Shown here: piece by piece, positions 1 through 9,937 of the stretch | How positions within the stretch are numbered: the first letter of the stretch is position 1 | Layout: every line of letters begins with the position of its first letter | Source: an uncultured Negativicutes bacterium | GTDB taxonomy: Bacteria > Bacillota > Negativicutes > JBAXTZ01 | Assembly: GCA_963721525.1 (NCBI GenBank) | Contig: CAVRJL010000015.1 | Location: 32,001-96,000, forward strand | DNA length: 64,000 nucleotides | Direction: 5' to 3' | Made by a program: the position numbers and the translations under genes | The notes under the pieces: model-generated | The model's input: only the letters and a program-made list of their open reading frames with translations | Databases searched by the model: none | What the model was told of the DNA's origin: nothing

Positions 1-1353
1 AATTTAGCGCGTACTCTAACAACCTTTGACCTTGTATTAATGGGTATAGGTGTAATTATGGGTACAGGGATATTTGTTTTTACTGGAATAGGCGCAGCAA
101 AATATGCTGGCCCAGGTATTATTGTATCCTTCGTATTATCAGGCTTAACCTGCGCTTTTTCTGGTTTAGCGTACGCTGAGTTATCATCTATGGTTACTTT
201 AACTGGCAGCGTATATACATATGCTTACGCTACACTCGGAGAATTAGTAGCTTGGACTGTGGGTTGGGCTCTTATTGTAGAATATTCATTCGCAGCGGCA
301 ACAGTTGCTGCAGGATGGTCCCAATATATTATAGGCTTAATCAATAATACAACTTTAGGAGCAAAAATTCCTCTGTTTTTACAAAAAGTCCCCGCTGAAA
401 ATGGTCTAATTAATTTAACTGCTGTTTTTTTAGTTATTTTACTGTGCGCTATATTATACATAGGAACTAAGGCAAGCGCTCGATTTAATAAATTTTTAGT
501 TTTTTTAAAGCTTTCTACAATAATTATTTTTATAATATTTGCAGCTCCTCATGTAAATCCAAAAAATTGGAATCCATTTTTTCCTTTCGGTCTTAAAGGG
601 GTTTTATCAGGTGCATCGATTGCGTTTTTTGCCTATATAGGTTTTGACGTATTAGCAAATAGTGCGGAAGAATGTAAAGATCCTGTAAAATCTATTCCGC
701 GAGCAATATTCTTTTCTCTTCTTATTGTAACTATCTTATATATAATTGTAACAGCAATTATGACAGGTGTGGTTCCTTATTATAAATTGACTGCAGCTCC
801 TGTTAATGTAGTTTTAAGCTCTATAGGATATAATTTCGGGAAAACCCTTTTAGGCTACGCTATAATATTTGGCTTAACAACAGTTGTGCTTTTAATGTTA
901 TATAGTCAGATAAGATTATTTTTAGCTATGTCACGGGATGGATTGTTACCTCGTTTTTTAGGGAAAATACATTCCCAATTTAAAACTCCTCATATTTTAA
1001 CTTTTATTACCTGCATATTTGTTTCATTACTAGTTGGTTTTATAAAGTTAGAATTACTTGCAGAATTAGTTAACACAGGAACTCTATTTGCTTTTATTGT
1101 AGCATCAATCGGAGTAGCTTTTCTTAGAATTACAAAACCAGATATCCCCCGTCCGTTTAAATGCCCTATTCCTTATATTATAATGCCTTTATCTATAATA
1201 TTATGTCTTATATTAATGTTTACTTTATCATTACATACTTGGTTAGCATTTACCGTTTGGACATTTATAGGCTTGCTAATTTATTTACTCTATGGGTATA
1301 AAAACAGTGAATTATCTTCTCCTTGCATAAAAATTTTTAAACCTAACGAATAA
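1..1353 (+). CDS. APC-family amino acid permease (5' end lies outside the window)
   Basis: GIGVIMGTGIF and AFFAYIGFD motifs, about 12 hydrophobic segments; frame is open from base 1 (NLARTLTTFDLVL...) upstream of the ORF-track start at 40. Confidence 0.9.
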   Translation, partial: NLARTLTTFDLVLMGIGVIMGTGIFVFTGIGAAKYAGPGIIVSFVLSGLTCAFSGLAYAELSSMVTLTGSVYTYAYATLGELVAWTVGWALIVEYSFAAATVAAGWSQYIIGLINNTTLGAKIPLFLQKVPAENGLINLTAVFLVILLCAILYIGTKASARFNKFLVFLKLSTIIIFIIFAAPHVNPKNWNPFFPFGLKGVLSGASIAFFAYIGFDVLANSAEECKDPVKSIPRAIFFSLLIVTILYIIVTAIMTGVVPYYKLTAAPVNVVLSSIGYNFGKTLLGYAIIFGLTTVVLLMLYSQIRLFLAMSRDGLLPRFLGKIHSQFKTPHILTFITCIFVSLLVGFIKLELLAELVNTGTLFAFIVASIGVAFLRITKPDIPRPFKCPIPYIIMPLSIILCLILMFTLSLHTWLAFTVWTFIGLLIYLLYGYKNSELSSPCIKIFKPNE

Positions 1354-1364
1354 TTACTAAGTAA

Positions 1365-1455
1365 AAAATATGACTAATTTTTTTCGAATTCAAATAACAG
1401 AGAGCACTTATGGCTCGCGCAGCTTTAGGGTAGCTATTGCGCAGATTTATTAAAT
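1365..1455 (-). pseudogene. Possible relic of methylated-DNA-protein-cysteine methyltransferase (Ogt)
   Basis: Locally GC-richer patch translates as ...NSYPKAARAISALCYLN..., resembling the Ogt GxPKAARAVG motif; no PCHRV active site remains. Confidence 0.4.
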
Positions 1456-1472
1456 AAAGTAATTATATAATT

Positions 1473-1796
1473 TTATTTACCTACCAAGTTTTTAAGTTCT
1501 TTAACTATTTTTTTTATAAACTCCACAAGGGTTCTTTTATTTATTTTCTGTTTAACTTCATAAATAAAAGTAGTTTGTTCTTTAGTATTTTTAACAGGAA
1601 TGGCTAAATTTAATAATTCTACCCCATATGCTTCCTCGAGTTTTTTAATGGTTTTTTCGGCTGCGGGTTTTTTATTAAACCAAAGCAACTTTAGCTCATG
1701 TTCGTTTACACTACTAATTTGCGCTATTTGCCGTATATTAAGTTTAGTTAATTTTTGCGCATTTCTCATTGCATCACGTATAAAATATTTTTTCAT
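1473..1796 (-). CDS. Hypothetical protein with XRE-like helix-turn-helix N-terminus
   Basis: LNIRQIAQISSVNEHEL...KKPAAEKTIKKLEEAYGV resembles HTH_3 pattern; directly downstream of thyX. Confidence 0.55.
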   Translation of the reverse strand: MKKYFIRDAMRNAQKLTKLNIRQIAQISSVNEHELKLLWFNKKPAAEKTIKKLEEAYGVELLNLAIPVKNTKEQTTFIYEVKQKINKRTLVEFIKKIVKELKNLVGK

Positions 1797-1814
1797 AAAA
1801 TTTAATGTGTCTAC

Positions 1815-2681
1815 TTACATTATGCTCAACTTTTCCAAAAATTTTTCAAAATAAACTTGCTCTGATTTTGAAAACCACTTAAATTCTGTTAATTTTTTTT
1901 TTATCATACACTTATGATTTGTTCTTACATTATTTTTTAAACTTAAAACTATTTCCTTTAAATAATTACTCATTTGTTCGGTTAATATGACATTTTTATA
2001 CACACATTCATGCCAAGCATGCATACTAACGGGAAATAATTCTTGAAGTATTTCCTCAATGGCCTGAGCGTAGACATATATCTCATATTGCGCATGTTCT
2101 GTAAGCCGTAAAGATAAAAAATGTAATAAATTATGTAAATTCACGCTAGCTATTACCTCAGTATATAAAGCCAGTGGTAAATTTATTCTTGCTAACTCAC
2201 GAGCTAATCCGTTTTTTAAATATCCACGATAATTAGAGAATAGTTTTTCTTGTTCTTTTTTTATTGATTCACTCATACATGGTACAATATCTGTAGCATT
2301 ATTTGTACGATATTGTTTATTGTTTTGTTCTTGCGAAGTTATACAATTTTCAGGTACATAAGCTTGCTCTACCATTTCAGAATATCTACCAGAAACCTCA
2401 TTATAAGACCATGTACGATGCCTCATCCATTGACGCATAACAAATATTGGAGCCTTTATATAAAATTGTATTTGTACCATCTCAAATGGGGATGTATGCT
2501 TATTTCGTAATAAATACCTAATAAGTTGCTCATTATTTCGTATTTTATTTGTTCCTTTACTATAACTTACGCGAGCTGAATCTGCAATACTATCGTCACT
2601 ACCCATCCAATTAATTATTCTTATCTCTCCATGTTTAAAAATTTTTTTAAAATATCTACTATTATTCATTTTTATCCCCAT
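1815..2681 (-). CDS. thyX: FAD-dependent thymidylate synthase
   Basis: ARVSY, HTSPFE, RQWMRHRTWSYNEVSGRY (RHRx7S motif), ARELAR, LRLTEHAQYEI. Confidence 0.95.
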   Translation of the reverse strand: MGIKMNNSRYFKKIFKHGEIRIINWMGSDDSIADSARVSYSKGTNKIRNNEQLIRYLLRNKHTSPFEMVQIQFYIKAPIFVMRQWMRHRTWSYNEVSGRYSEMVEQAYVPENCITSQEQNNKQYRTNNATDIVPCMSESIKKEQEKLFSNYRGYLKNGLARELARINLPLALYTEVIASVNLHNLLHFLSLRLTEHAQYEIYVYAQAIEEILQELFPVSMHAWHECVYKNVILTEQMSNYLKEIVLSLKNNVRTNHKCMIKKKLTEFKWFSKSEQVYFEKFLEKLSIM

Positions 2682-2839
2682 TAAATTATTTTAATTTAAT
2701 TCTACTTTAGTAACTCCATTTCCACTCTCATTATATGAAACAAACTGTATATTTTTTATTAAAAAGTTTTTTTAAAGTGTTTTTAGTACCCCTTCATAAT
2801 ATTCCTGAAATTTATCTATTTTATCCTTATAAAGGAGGG

Positions 2840-3230
2840 AATGCCTTACTTTTATTAGATTTTGCTAATAAAAAATCAAACTCAACTAATATACTATAGG
2901 TTATTAATATATCTGGCACAACAACGGCAATTTTAAAACCTAAATTTTTAAAATTTTTTTCTACTTCTTCCTGTTCAACACAATTTAATCTTTTTATATC
3001 ATTATTAATATTAATTTAAGAAATTTTTAATTTTGTGAGCTATATTTGTGAGCTATATTTAAAGTTTTGCTTATTTTCAGGAATTCTTTTGTTTCGATAA
3101 CTGCATTTTTGCTTATTCTAATTGGTATTTCTTTAAGGTTAAAAAAAATCGGTTCGGGAATCTCATAAGATTGGGTTAATATTTCCCACATTTCTTCTGT
3201 TTTATTTTTTGTTATTAAATCAAAACTTAA
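2840..3230 (-). pseudogene. mutS2: Heavily deleted MutS2 relic
   Basis: Fragments RISKNAVIETKEFLKISKTLNIAHK(IKNF) and NDIKRLNCVEQEEVEKNFKNL...YSILVEFDFLLAKS match, in order, MutS2 GAVLEPEELLDIASTL and ELDFIFAKA segments; stops and frameshifts present. Confidence 0.65.
3033..3058. repeat. 13-bp tandem duplication (ttgtgagctatat x2) frameshifting the mutS2 relic
   Basis: Direct inspection. Confidence 0.85.
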
Positions 3231-3254
3231 TCTTAATATAGTGGTTTTTCCATA

Positions 3255-4451
3255 CTATAACCTAAAATTTAAAAAATTAGTTTTAACGACGTTAACTATA
3301 GCATAAGCTTCTATTCCTTCTTTACGTCCTACAAATCCTAATCTTTCGGTTGTTGTAGCCTTTATATTAATATTTTTTTCTAGCATGTTACATGCGTAAG
3401 CTATAGTTGTTTTCATTTGATTTATATAAGGACTCATTTTTGGTTCTTGCGCTGTGATAGTAGCATCAATGTTTATTATTGAATACTCTTTTTGAATTAA
3501 CAAATGTATTACTTGCTCAAGTAATAGAATACTTGAAATGTTTTTATAATAATTATCATTATCAGGGAAATAACGACCAATATCTCCTAATCCGGAGGCT
3601 CCAAGCAATGCGTCTATGATAGCATGTATTAAAACGTCGGCATCACTATGACCAAGCAATCCCTTTTCAAAAGGGATCGCTACTCCGCCTATTATTAATT
3701 TTCTTTTTTCAATTAATTGATGCACATCATATCCCAATCCCGTTCTCGGATATATTTCAGTCGATTCTCTTTGTTTTTTTCTTTTATTTATTATAGCACG
3801 AGCAAAAATAATATCTTCAGGCGTAGTTATTTTAATATTTTCATAACTTCCGGGAATTACTTTTACCTTTTCTTTCAAATTTTCAACTAAAGCGGCATCA
3901 TCAGTAAATAGTAAATTTTCTTTAACTGCTTTTTTATGCGCTTTCATAATAGTTGATCGCTTAAACGCTTGAGGGGTTTGTATACAATAAAACTTCTCTC
4001 TACTTAATGTATTTATTACACAATTATTGTCGTCTATTTCTTTTAGTGTATCTTTAAGCGGAACACCTACAATAACAGCTTTTTTATCTTTTATTTCATT
4101 TAAAACTGTCTCTATAGTTGTTTTTTTAACTAAAGGACGCGCTCCGTCGTGAATCATAACATATTTACATTTACTATCTAATTTTTTTAAAGCATTATAT
4201 ATAGATTGTTGTCTTTCTGGTCCTCCTTGAACAATTTTTATTTTTTCTTTATTGTTTCTAAATATAGTTTGTATAGTTCTTATATCATTTTTATTTGCGC
4301 ATATAATAATTTCATTTATTCGTGGATTACTAATAAATTTTTCTACTGTTATATATAATATTGGTACATGAAATAAAGGTATAAATAATTTATTTTGCAT
4401 GCTTCCCATTCTACTACCAATGCCTGCTGCTGCAATAATAACCGATACCAT
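3255..4451 (-). CDS. ispDF: Bifunctional IspD/IspF (MEP cytidylyltransferase / MEcPP synthase)
   Basis: [26 protein letters not shown] (IspD) followed by [24 protein letters not shown] (IspF). Confidence 0.95.
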   Translation of the reverse strand: MVSVIIAAAGIGSRMGSMQNKLFIPLFHVPILYITVEKFISNPRINEIIICANKNDIRTIQTIFRNNKEKIKIVQGGPERQQSIYNALKKLDSKCKYVMIHDGARPLVKKTTIETVLNEIKDKKAVIVGVPLKDTLKEIDDNNCVINTLSREKFYCIQTPQAFKRSTIMKAHKKAVKENLLFTDDAALVENLKEKVKVIPGSYENIKITTPEDIIFARAIINKRKKQRESTEIYPRTGLGYDVHQLIEKRKLIIGGVAIPFEKGLLGHSDADVLIHAIIDALLGASGLGDIGRYFPDNDNYYKNISSILLLEQVIHLLIQKEYSIINIDATITAQEPKMSPYINQMKTTIAYACNMLEKNINIKATTTERLGFVGRKEGIEAYAIVNVVKTNFLNFRL

Positions 4452-4486
4452 TGTATTTTCTTCCTTGTTAAATAACTTATTTTATC

Positions 4487-5155
4487 TTACCAAAAAGCGT
4501 CCGACATAAATTTTGTTAATTGACGTATAGGTCGTCCAACACAATCTTTGTCCTTAATTAAATTTGCCAGCCTTTTTTCTATAGAACTACCAATATACTC
4601 TATACCTAATACATCAGCTGCTTTTTTTACTCCAGAACAACCTTTATTTACTATTTCTATAGTTGTTTCATTTCCAATATGAGTATTATTTAAAAGACAA
4701 TCCACTCGACCAAAACATTTTATATGTTCTACAATTAACTCAATTGTTTGAGTCTGCGGTCTTTTCATATTTATGACACCGATTATTTTTAAATTAGGAT
4801 GGTTTAGTGCTCCTTCAATTAAGTTAAAAATTTCTGCACCATGAACTCCGTAACCTACATCCATGATAATATGCCCTTTATTCTTTAAAACCCAACGCAT
4901 TTCTCCAGAAATTGTACTTCCTGCTTCCCCTAGTCCAAATATATTGTTATTCCCCCAAGCTATTACATTAAGACCTAAATTCTCCAATTTATTTTTTATC
5001 GGACGTAAAGTATAACAAGGTTCAACAGTATCCAAATCTGCTAAAGTTACAGGACAAACTCCATCAATTTTTAATTGTAATGCTCTATTTATAGCATTTT
5101 CGCTTTTCCCGCTTGCATATTCGCCAATATATGCTTCAATAATTAAATTTTTCAT
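4487..5155 (-). CDS. Uncharacterised P-loop-like protein
   Basis: GEYASGKSE Walker-A-like motif, ADLDTVEP, MDVGYG, NNTH; no function assignable. Confidence 0.75.
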   Translation of the reverse strand: MKNLIIEAYIGEYASGKSENAINRALQLKIDGVCPVTLADLDTVEPCYTLRPIKNKLENLGLNVIAWGNNNIFGLGEAGSTISGEMRWVLKNKGHIIMDVGYGVHGAEIFNLIEGALNHPNLKIIGVINMKRPQTQTIELIVEHIKCFGRVDCLLNNTHIGNETTIEIVNKGCSGVKKAADVLGIEYIGSSIEKRLANLIKDKDCVGRPIRQLTKFMSDAFW

Positions 5156-5174
5156 AAATTTACTAATTTCTTTT

Positions 5175-5780
5175 CTATATTATTTCTTTTCTATTTTCAA
5201 AAGCTTTTGCTAATGTTGCTTCGTCGGCAAATTCAATATCCCCACCCATAGGTAACCCGTGCGCCAACCGTGTAACTTTAATGTTTAGAGGTTTTAATAA
5301 ACGCGAAATATACATTGCCGTAGCTTCTCCCTCCACTGTTTGATTTGTCGCCATAATTATTTCGCTTACTTTTACTTCATAACTTTGCAGTCTTTCTAAA
5401 AGCTCTTTTAACTTTAAATCATTTGGAGTAATACCTGCAAGCGGTGATAATGCCCCGTGTAAAACATGATAAAGACCCTTATATTCATGAGTTTTTTCTA
5501 TATAAATTAAATCTCGAGGCTGTTCTACAACACAAATAATGTTGCGCTTACGCTGGTTACTACTACAATATCTACATAACTTTTCATCTGTAAAATTAAA
5601 ACATTGTTCGCAAAAGCGAATTTTAATTTTAGCGTCTTTCAAAGCAATTATAAACTGTTTTAAATAATTTTTTTCGCACTCTACGATATAATATGCCAAT
5701 TTAATAGCTAATTTTGGACCAATTCCTGGTAACCCTCTAAAAGCTTCGATAAGCTTTTCTAATGGAGATATATGACTCAT
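5175..5780 (-). CDS. recR: Recombination mediator RecR
   Basis: LPGIGPK HhH, C4 zinc finger, YHVLHG, TVEGEATA, Toprim domain. Confidence 0.97.
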   Translation of the reverse strand: MSHISPLEKLIEAFRGLPGIGPKLAIKLAYYIVECEKNYLKQFIIALKDAKIKIRFCEQCFNFTDEKLCRYCSSNQRKRNIICVVEQPRDLIYIEKTHEYKGLYHVLHGALSPLAGITPNDLKLKELLERLQSYEVKVSEIIMATNQTVEGEATAMYISRLLKPLNIKVTRLAHGLPMGGDIEFADEATLAKAFENRKEII

Positions 5781-5806
5781 TATTTATTATCCTATAAAAA
5801 TTATAT

Positions 5807-7225
5807 TTATTTATATTCTATATTTACGCCAAAAAATTTTTCTATATTCATTTTATCTTTAGTATCTGCTAAAATATATCTTACCCTTTTGTTACCACAA
5901 ATTTTTTTTACCACCATATCTATGTATTTATGGTAATCTTCTCTTTCTAATCTTTCCTTATGGAATTTATTTTCTACAGAAAATTCTACAACGATTTCAT
6001 TGTCACCTACGTATTGCAAGACGCCTAATTTTGCGCATTCACAAATTAGACGTTTTTTCATTTTATCTAATTCATCTATAACTAATTTCCAGATAGTTGA
6101 ATATTCTTTTTTATCTATATTTTCAATATTTGCTTTTTCTATAACATTTTTTGAACCCGCTTTGATATTTTCTGACTCGCAAAATATATTATTATTTTCA
6201 CTTAAAAACTTAATCAAAGACGATTCTATGACTATATCATAATTTGATATAAAGCGGCAATTACTTAATATTTCATTTCCTTGTACTATAATTTTACTGA
6301 TTGTTATAACGTCCTTCTGTTTATTATTTTTCATAGCTTTAAATATTTCTTCATGTAATTCTTTTAATGCATTATTTAAAAGTTGTTTATGGTCATTATA
6401 CCGTGAATTTCTAAAACTAATAAAAAATGCAATTAATTTTTGTAAATTTCCGCTTAATAGAATTTTTATGAAGTTTTCTAAAATTTCTTTATTTGCTAAT
6501 CCTAATAAAAATCTCGCTGAATCTTCATCAATGTTATCTGAGTTAAATATTGCACATTGCTCTAAAAAACCTAAAGCATCACGAACACTTCCTTCAGAAT
6601 AATCCACAATAAGCTTTAACACATTATCGTCAATATAAATATTTGTTCTTGTTGCTACCTCTTTTAAATGGCATAACAACTCATTTTTCCCTATTTTATG
6701 AAAATCAAATCGTTGACATCGAGATAAAATAGTTACTGGTATTTTCGCAAATTCCGTTGTTGCTAAAATGAAAATTACATATTTTGGAGGTTCTTCCAAT
6801 ATTTTTAAAAAAGCATTAAAGGCTTCAACAGTTAACATATGCGCTTCATCAATAATATACACTTTATACTTATTTTCTTCAAGACAAGAAAATTTGAGTT
6901 GTTCAATAATATCTCGTATTTCATCAATACCGCGATTAGATGCTGCATCCATCTCAAAAACATCCATATTAGAACAATTATTAATTGATAAGCAATTGAC
7001 GCATTTATTGCAAGGTTCATTTTCATTCAATGAAAGGCAATTTAAAGCTTTAGCAAAAATCCTTGCAATGCTTGTTTTTCCTGTTCCTCTAGTACCAACG
7101 AAAAGATAAGCATGCGATACTTTTTGTCTGGAAATAGAATTTTTTAAAGTCTGTACAACATGTCTTTGTCCTACAATCTCTAAAAATGTTTGTGGCCGCC
7201 ATATTCTATACAGAGATTGATACAT
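5807..7225 (-). CDS. dnaX: DNA polymerase III gamma/tau
   Basis: LYRIWRPQTF, GTRGTGKT, DAAS, IIDEAHML, SRCQ. Confidence 0.97.
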   Translation of the reverse strand: MYQSLYRIWRPQTFLEIVGQRHVVQTLKNSISRQKVSHAYLFVGTRGTGKTSIARIFAKALNCLSLNENEPCNKCVNCLSINNCSNMDVFEMDAASNRGIDEIRDIIEQLKFSCLEENKYKVYIIDEAHMLTVEAFNAFLKILEEPPKYVIFILATTEFAKIPVTILSRCQRFDFHKIGKNELLCHLKEVATRTNIYIDDNVLKLIVDYSEGSVRDALGFLEQCAIFNSDNIDEDSARFLLGLANKEILENFIKILLSGNLQKLIAFFISFRNSRYNDHKQLLNNALKELHEEIFKAMKNNKQKDVITISKIIVQGNEILSNCRFISNYDIVIESSLIKFLSENNNIFCESENIKAGSKNVIEKANIENIDKKEYSTIWKLVIDELDKMKKRLICECAKLGVLQYVGDNEIVVEFSVENKFHKERLEREDYHKYIDMVVKKICGNKRVRYILADTKDKMNIEKFFGVNIEYK

Positions 7226-7246
7226 ATATATCCTTATATATTTATA

Positions 7247-7389
7247 TTTTACCGCTCGAATGCGTCATTTATTAAATTAACCTATAGCACATGAACTAAA
7301 CTACTTATTGCTGCTTCCTTCCGGACCTGACAAGATTCATAACCGTTCATTGCTCAATTAAAAACAAATGACGCATTCGAGCGGTAAAA
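7247..7389 (-). ncRNA. ffs: Signal recognition particle RNA
   Basis: Domain IV core TCAGGTCCGGAAGGAAGCAGCA on minus strand, enclosed by a perfect 24-bp inverted repeat (7247-7270/7366-7389); canonical position upstream of dnaX. Confidence 0.9.
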
Positions 7390-7391
7390 CA

Positions 7392-7482
7392 TGGCGGAGA
7401 GAGCGGGATTCGAACCCGCGGTACAATCTACTTATACACACACTTTCCAGGCATGCTCCTTAAGCCACTCGGACATCTCTCC
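7392..7482 (-). tRNA. tRNA-Ser(GGA)
   Basis: GGAGAGA acceptor, CT-GGA-AA loop, long variable arm, GTTCGAATC, encoded CCA. Confidence 0.95.
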
Positions 7483-7505
7483 CTTAAATTATTTTTAACA
7501 AGTAT

Positions 7506-7534
7506 ATTATACTTACTAATTATTTAAAAGTCAA
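7506..7534 (-). promoter_or_regulatory. Sigma-A promoter for tRNA-Ser-ffs-dnaX
   Basis: TTGACT-17 nt-TATAAT. Confidence 0.8.
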
Positions 7535-7571
7535 TTTTCATATTAATTTATAGGAATAAAGAATTACTATT

Positions 7572-9380
7572 TCAAAAGATGTTCTCGTAAGAATGAGTCA
7601 TTTTTACATCACTTCCTATTTTTCTAAAAAAAATACTTTCTATAATTTTTCTTCCTATAGGTGCCGCAATGTCCGCACCAAATCCTCCTTCTTCTACAAT
7701 AACTGCTACAACCACTGAAGGTTTATCAAACGGAGCATACCCTACAAACCAAGAATGTTCTTTTTTCCCTAAAATTTCGGCTGTACCAGTTTTTCCCGCA
7801 ACATCAACACTACATTCACAAAAAGCATTCTTAGCTGTTCCTACTTTAATAACATCCCTTAATGACAATCTCATCAAATCTAAAGTGTTTTTACTTATAT
7901 TAATATTAGATATCATTTGTGGTTGTATTTCTTTTATTAAATTCCCATTAAAATCAACAATTTTTTTCATTAAATAAGGTTTAAATAATTTTCCTCCGTT
8001 AACTATTTGGCACATAAGTTGAGCCGCTTGCAAAGGAGTTACTAAGTTAAAACCTTGTCCTATAGCCGTATCAAAAGTTTCTGATAAATACCAATTTTCA
8101 TTGTAAACTTTTTTCTTATATCTACGATTTGCAACTAAGCCATCTGCTTCACCATTTAAATCAATACCCATAATTTTACCCATTCCAAATTTACGAGCAT
8201 ACATCTCCATATTATCTATTCCAAGCCTATTCCCCATTTCATAAAAATAAACATTATCAGATTTTGCAAAAGCTGTACTGAAAGAAATCCATCCTAATGC
8301 TTCTCCTTGAGCATTCCCTTTAGGTATAAGCCAATGCTTTCCAGAATCAAAAATCATTTCATTTTTTTTTACTTTTTTCAATTCTAAAGCTGCAGTTCCA
8401 GTTACTATTTTAAAAATAGATCCTGGTGGATATTCAGCGGAAATAGCTTTATTCCCTAGTACATTAAATTTGTTATTAATATAATAATTCCAATCTTTTT
8501 TTGATATACCATTAACAAATAAATTAGGATTAAAATTTGGTCGGCTTACCATTGCTAAAATTTCACCTGTTTGTGGTCTCATTACTATTACTGCCCCACT
8601 ATGAAGTAAATTTTGTTTTAGGGACTTATCTAAGATTGCTTCCGTAGCTTGTTGTATATTCTTATCCATAGTAAGAATTATATTATTCCCTGGATAACTT
8701 GTCTGTTCTCCTAAAACTTTAACAATGTTTCCTTTAACGTCTACCTCTACCTGTTCAGCTCCATTAATTCCTCTAAGAAACATATCATAATAACTTTCTA
8801 ATCCTGTTTTACCTATTATATTTCCTGCTTTATATCCATATTTTGTATATTTTTTTAATTCATAATCATTAATTTCTCCTATATAACCAAATATATGTGA
8901 AGCTAGATCATTATAAATATATTGTCTTACCGGACAACTATTTACTATTATACTTGGAAATAAATACTTATTCTCTTGAATCTTAGCTATTATTTTTATA
9001 TCTACGTCGTTTTTTAAAATAATAGGTTCAAAAGATCTTTTTTTTTCTTTCACCTTTTGTTCAATTGTTTTTACTGGCATTTTTATAATTGCGCATAACC
9101 GAGTAATTTCCTCATAAGTGGGTATTTTTAAGTAAGGAATAATAGAAATTACATAGTTTATTCTATTTGTCACTAATAATTGACCGTTTTTATCATAAAA
9201 GTTACCGCGAGGCGCTAGTGAAATAAAATTACGTAACCTATTGCCCTCGGCCATTTCTTTGTAATAACTTCCTTTATAAATTTGTAAATAAAACATTCTC
9301 GAAAATAACAGTACAATAATAATCAACGAAAATATCAATAATATATTTAAACGAGAATAGCTTCCTCTTTTAACAAACAT
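7572..9380 (-). CDS. mrdA: Penicillin-binding protein 2
   Basis: N-terminal TM, APRG, PGSIFK (SxxK), SDN, KTGT motifs; follows mreCD. Confidence 0.93.
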   Translation of the reverse strand: MFVKRGSYSRLNILLIFSLIIIVLLFSRMFYLQIYKGSYYKEMAEGNRLRNFISLAPRGNFYDKNGQLLVTNRINYVISIIPYLKIPTYEEITRLCAIIKMPVKTIEQKVKEKKRSFEPIILKNDVDIKIIAKIQENKYLFPSIIVNSCPVRQYIYNDLASHIFGYIGEINDYELKKYTKYGYKAGNIIGKTGLESYYDMFLRGINGAEQVEVDVKGNIVKVLGEQTSYPGNNIILTMDKNIQQATEAILDKSLKQNLLHSGAVIVMRPQTGEILAMVSRPNFNPNLFVNGISKKDWNYYINNKFNVLGNKAISAEYPPGSIFKIVTGTAALELKKVKKNEMIFDSGKHWLIPKGNAQGEALGWISFSTAFAKSDNVYFYEMGNRLGIDNMEMYARKFGMGKIMGIDLNGEADGLVANRRYKKKVYNENWYLSETFDTAIGQGFNLVTPLQAAQLMCQIVNGGKLFKPYLMKKIVDFNGNLIKEIQPQMISNINISKNTLDLMRLSLRDVIKVGTAKNAFCECSVDVAGKTGTAEILGKKEHSWFVGYAPFDKPSVVVAVIVEEGGFGADIAAPIGRKIIESIFFRKIGSDVKMTHSYENIF

Positions 9381-9430
9381 TTTTCACCATTATTAAAAAT
9401 AGTTAATGAATATCCTTGAGCATCAAACTT

Positions 9431-9916
9431 TTAAAAACATTGCTTAAAATTTTTTATTCTTCCAAATATAATCAAGAACAAATATACACTAACTAGGTTA
9501 AGTAAAAAATTTATAATAAATACTTTAAATAAGACCGCAAAAAATAAAAAATCATAACTATAGTAAAAATTAATAAGTATTAAAAATATCAAACGAATCA
9601 AAAAAACAGAAAAAACTATTACAATATTAATTATACTTGTTCGAAAAATATTTTTTTCGTTTACTTTACCAATAAATAAGCAACTTAAGCTCAAACTCAG
9701 CACATTCAGTCCAAAGTTTACACCTGTCAAACCGTCTAAAATAGAGCCGCTTATTAAACCTAAAATGAAAGTTGTTTTACTTCCATAAAATATACTGCAT
9801 ATAATAATTATAAGGGATGTAAGATGTATACTTCCATAAACAGAGAAATAAGGGAAGAAACTTGTATCCAAAAAACAAGCAATAATTGCTATAAAAATTA
9901 AGTAAAAGTAATTCAT
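9431..9916 (-). CDS. mreD: Rod shape-determining protein MreD
   Basis: Hydrophobic protein with GLISGSILD...FGLN; between mreC and mrdA. Confidence 0.8.
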   Translation of the reverse strand: MNYFYLIFIAIIACFLDTSFFPYFSVYGSIHLTSLIIIICSIFYGSKTTFILGLISGSILDGLTGVNFGLNVLSLSLSCLFIGKVNEKNIFRTSIINIVIVFSVFLIRLIFLILINFYYSYDFLFFAVLFKVFIINFLLNLVSVYLFLIIFGRIKNFKQCF

Positions 9917-9937
9917 AAGTACCTATTAGATATTTTG

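Noticed and set aside
3255-4451. IspD-IspF fusion as a novelty
   Set aside because: Bifunctional IspDF is well known in many bacteria
7247-7389. 24-bp terminal inverted repeats next to a tRNA as a MITE or IS ends
   Set aside because: They enclose the SRP domain IV motif at the canonical ffs position; no transposase and no second copy in the window
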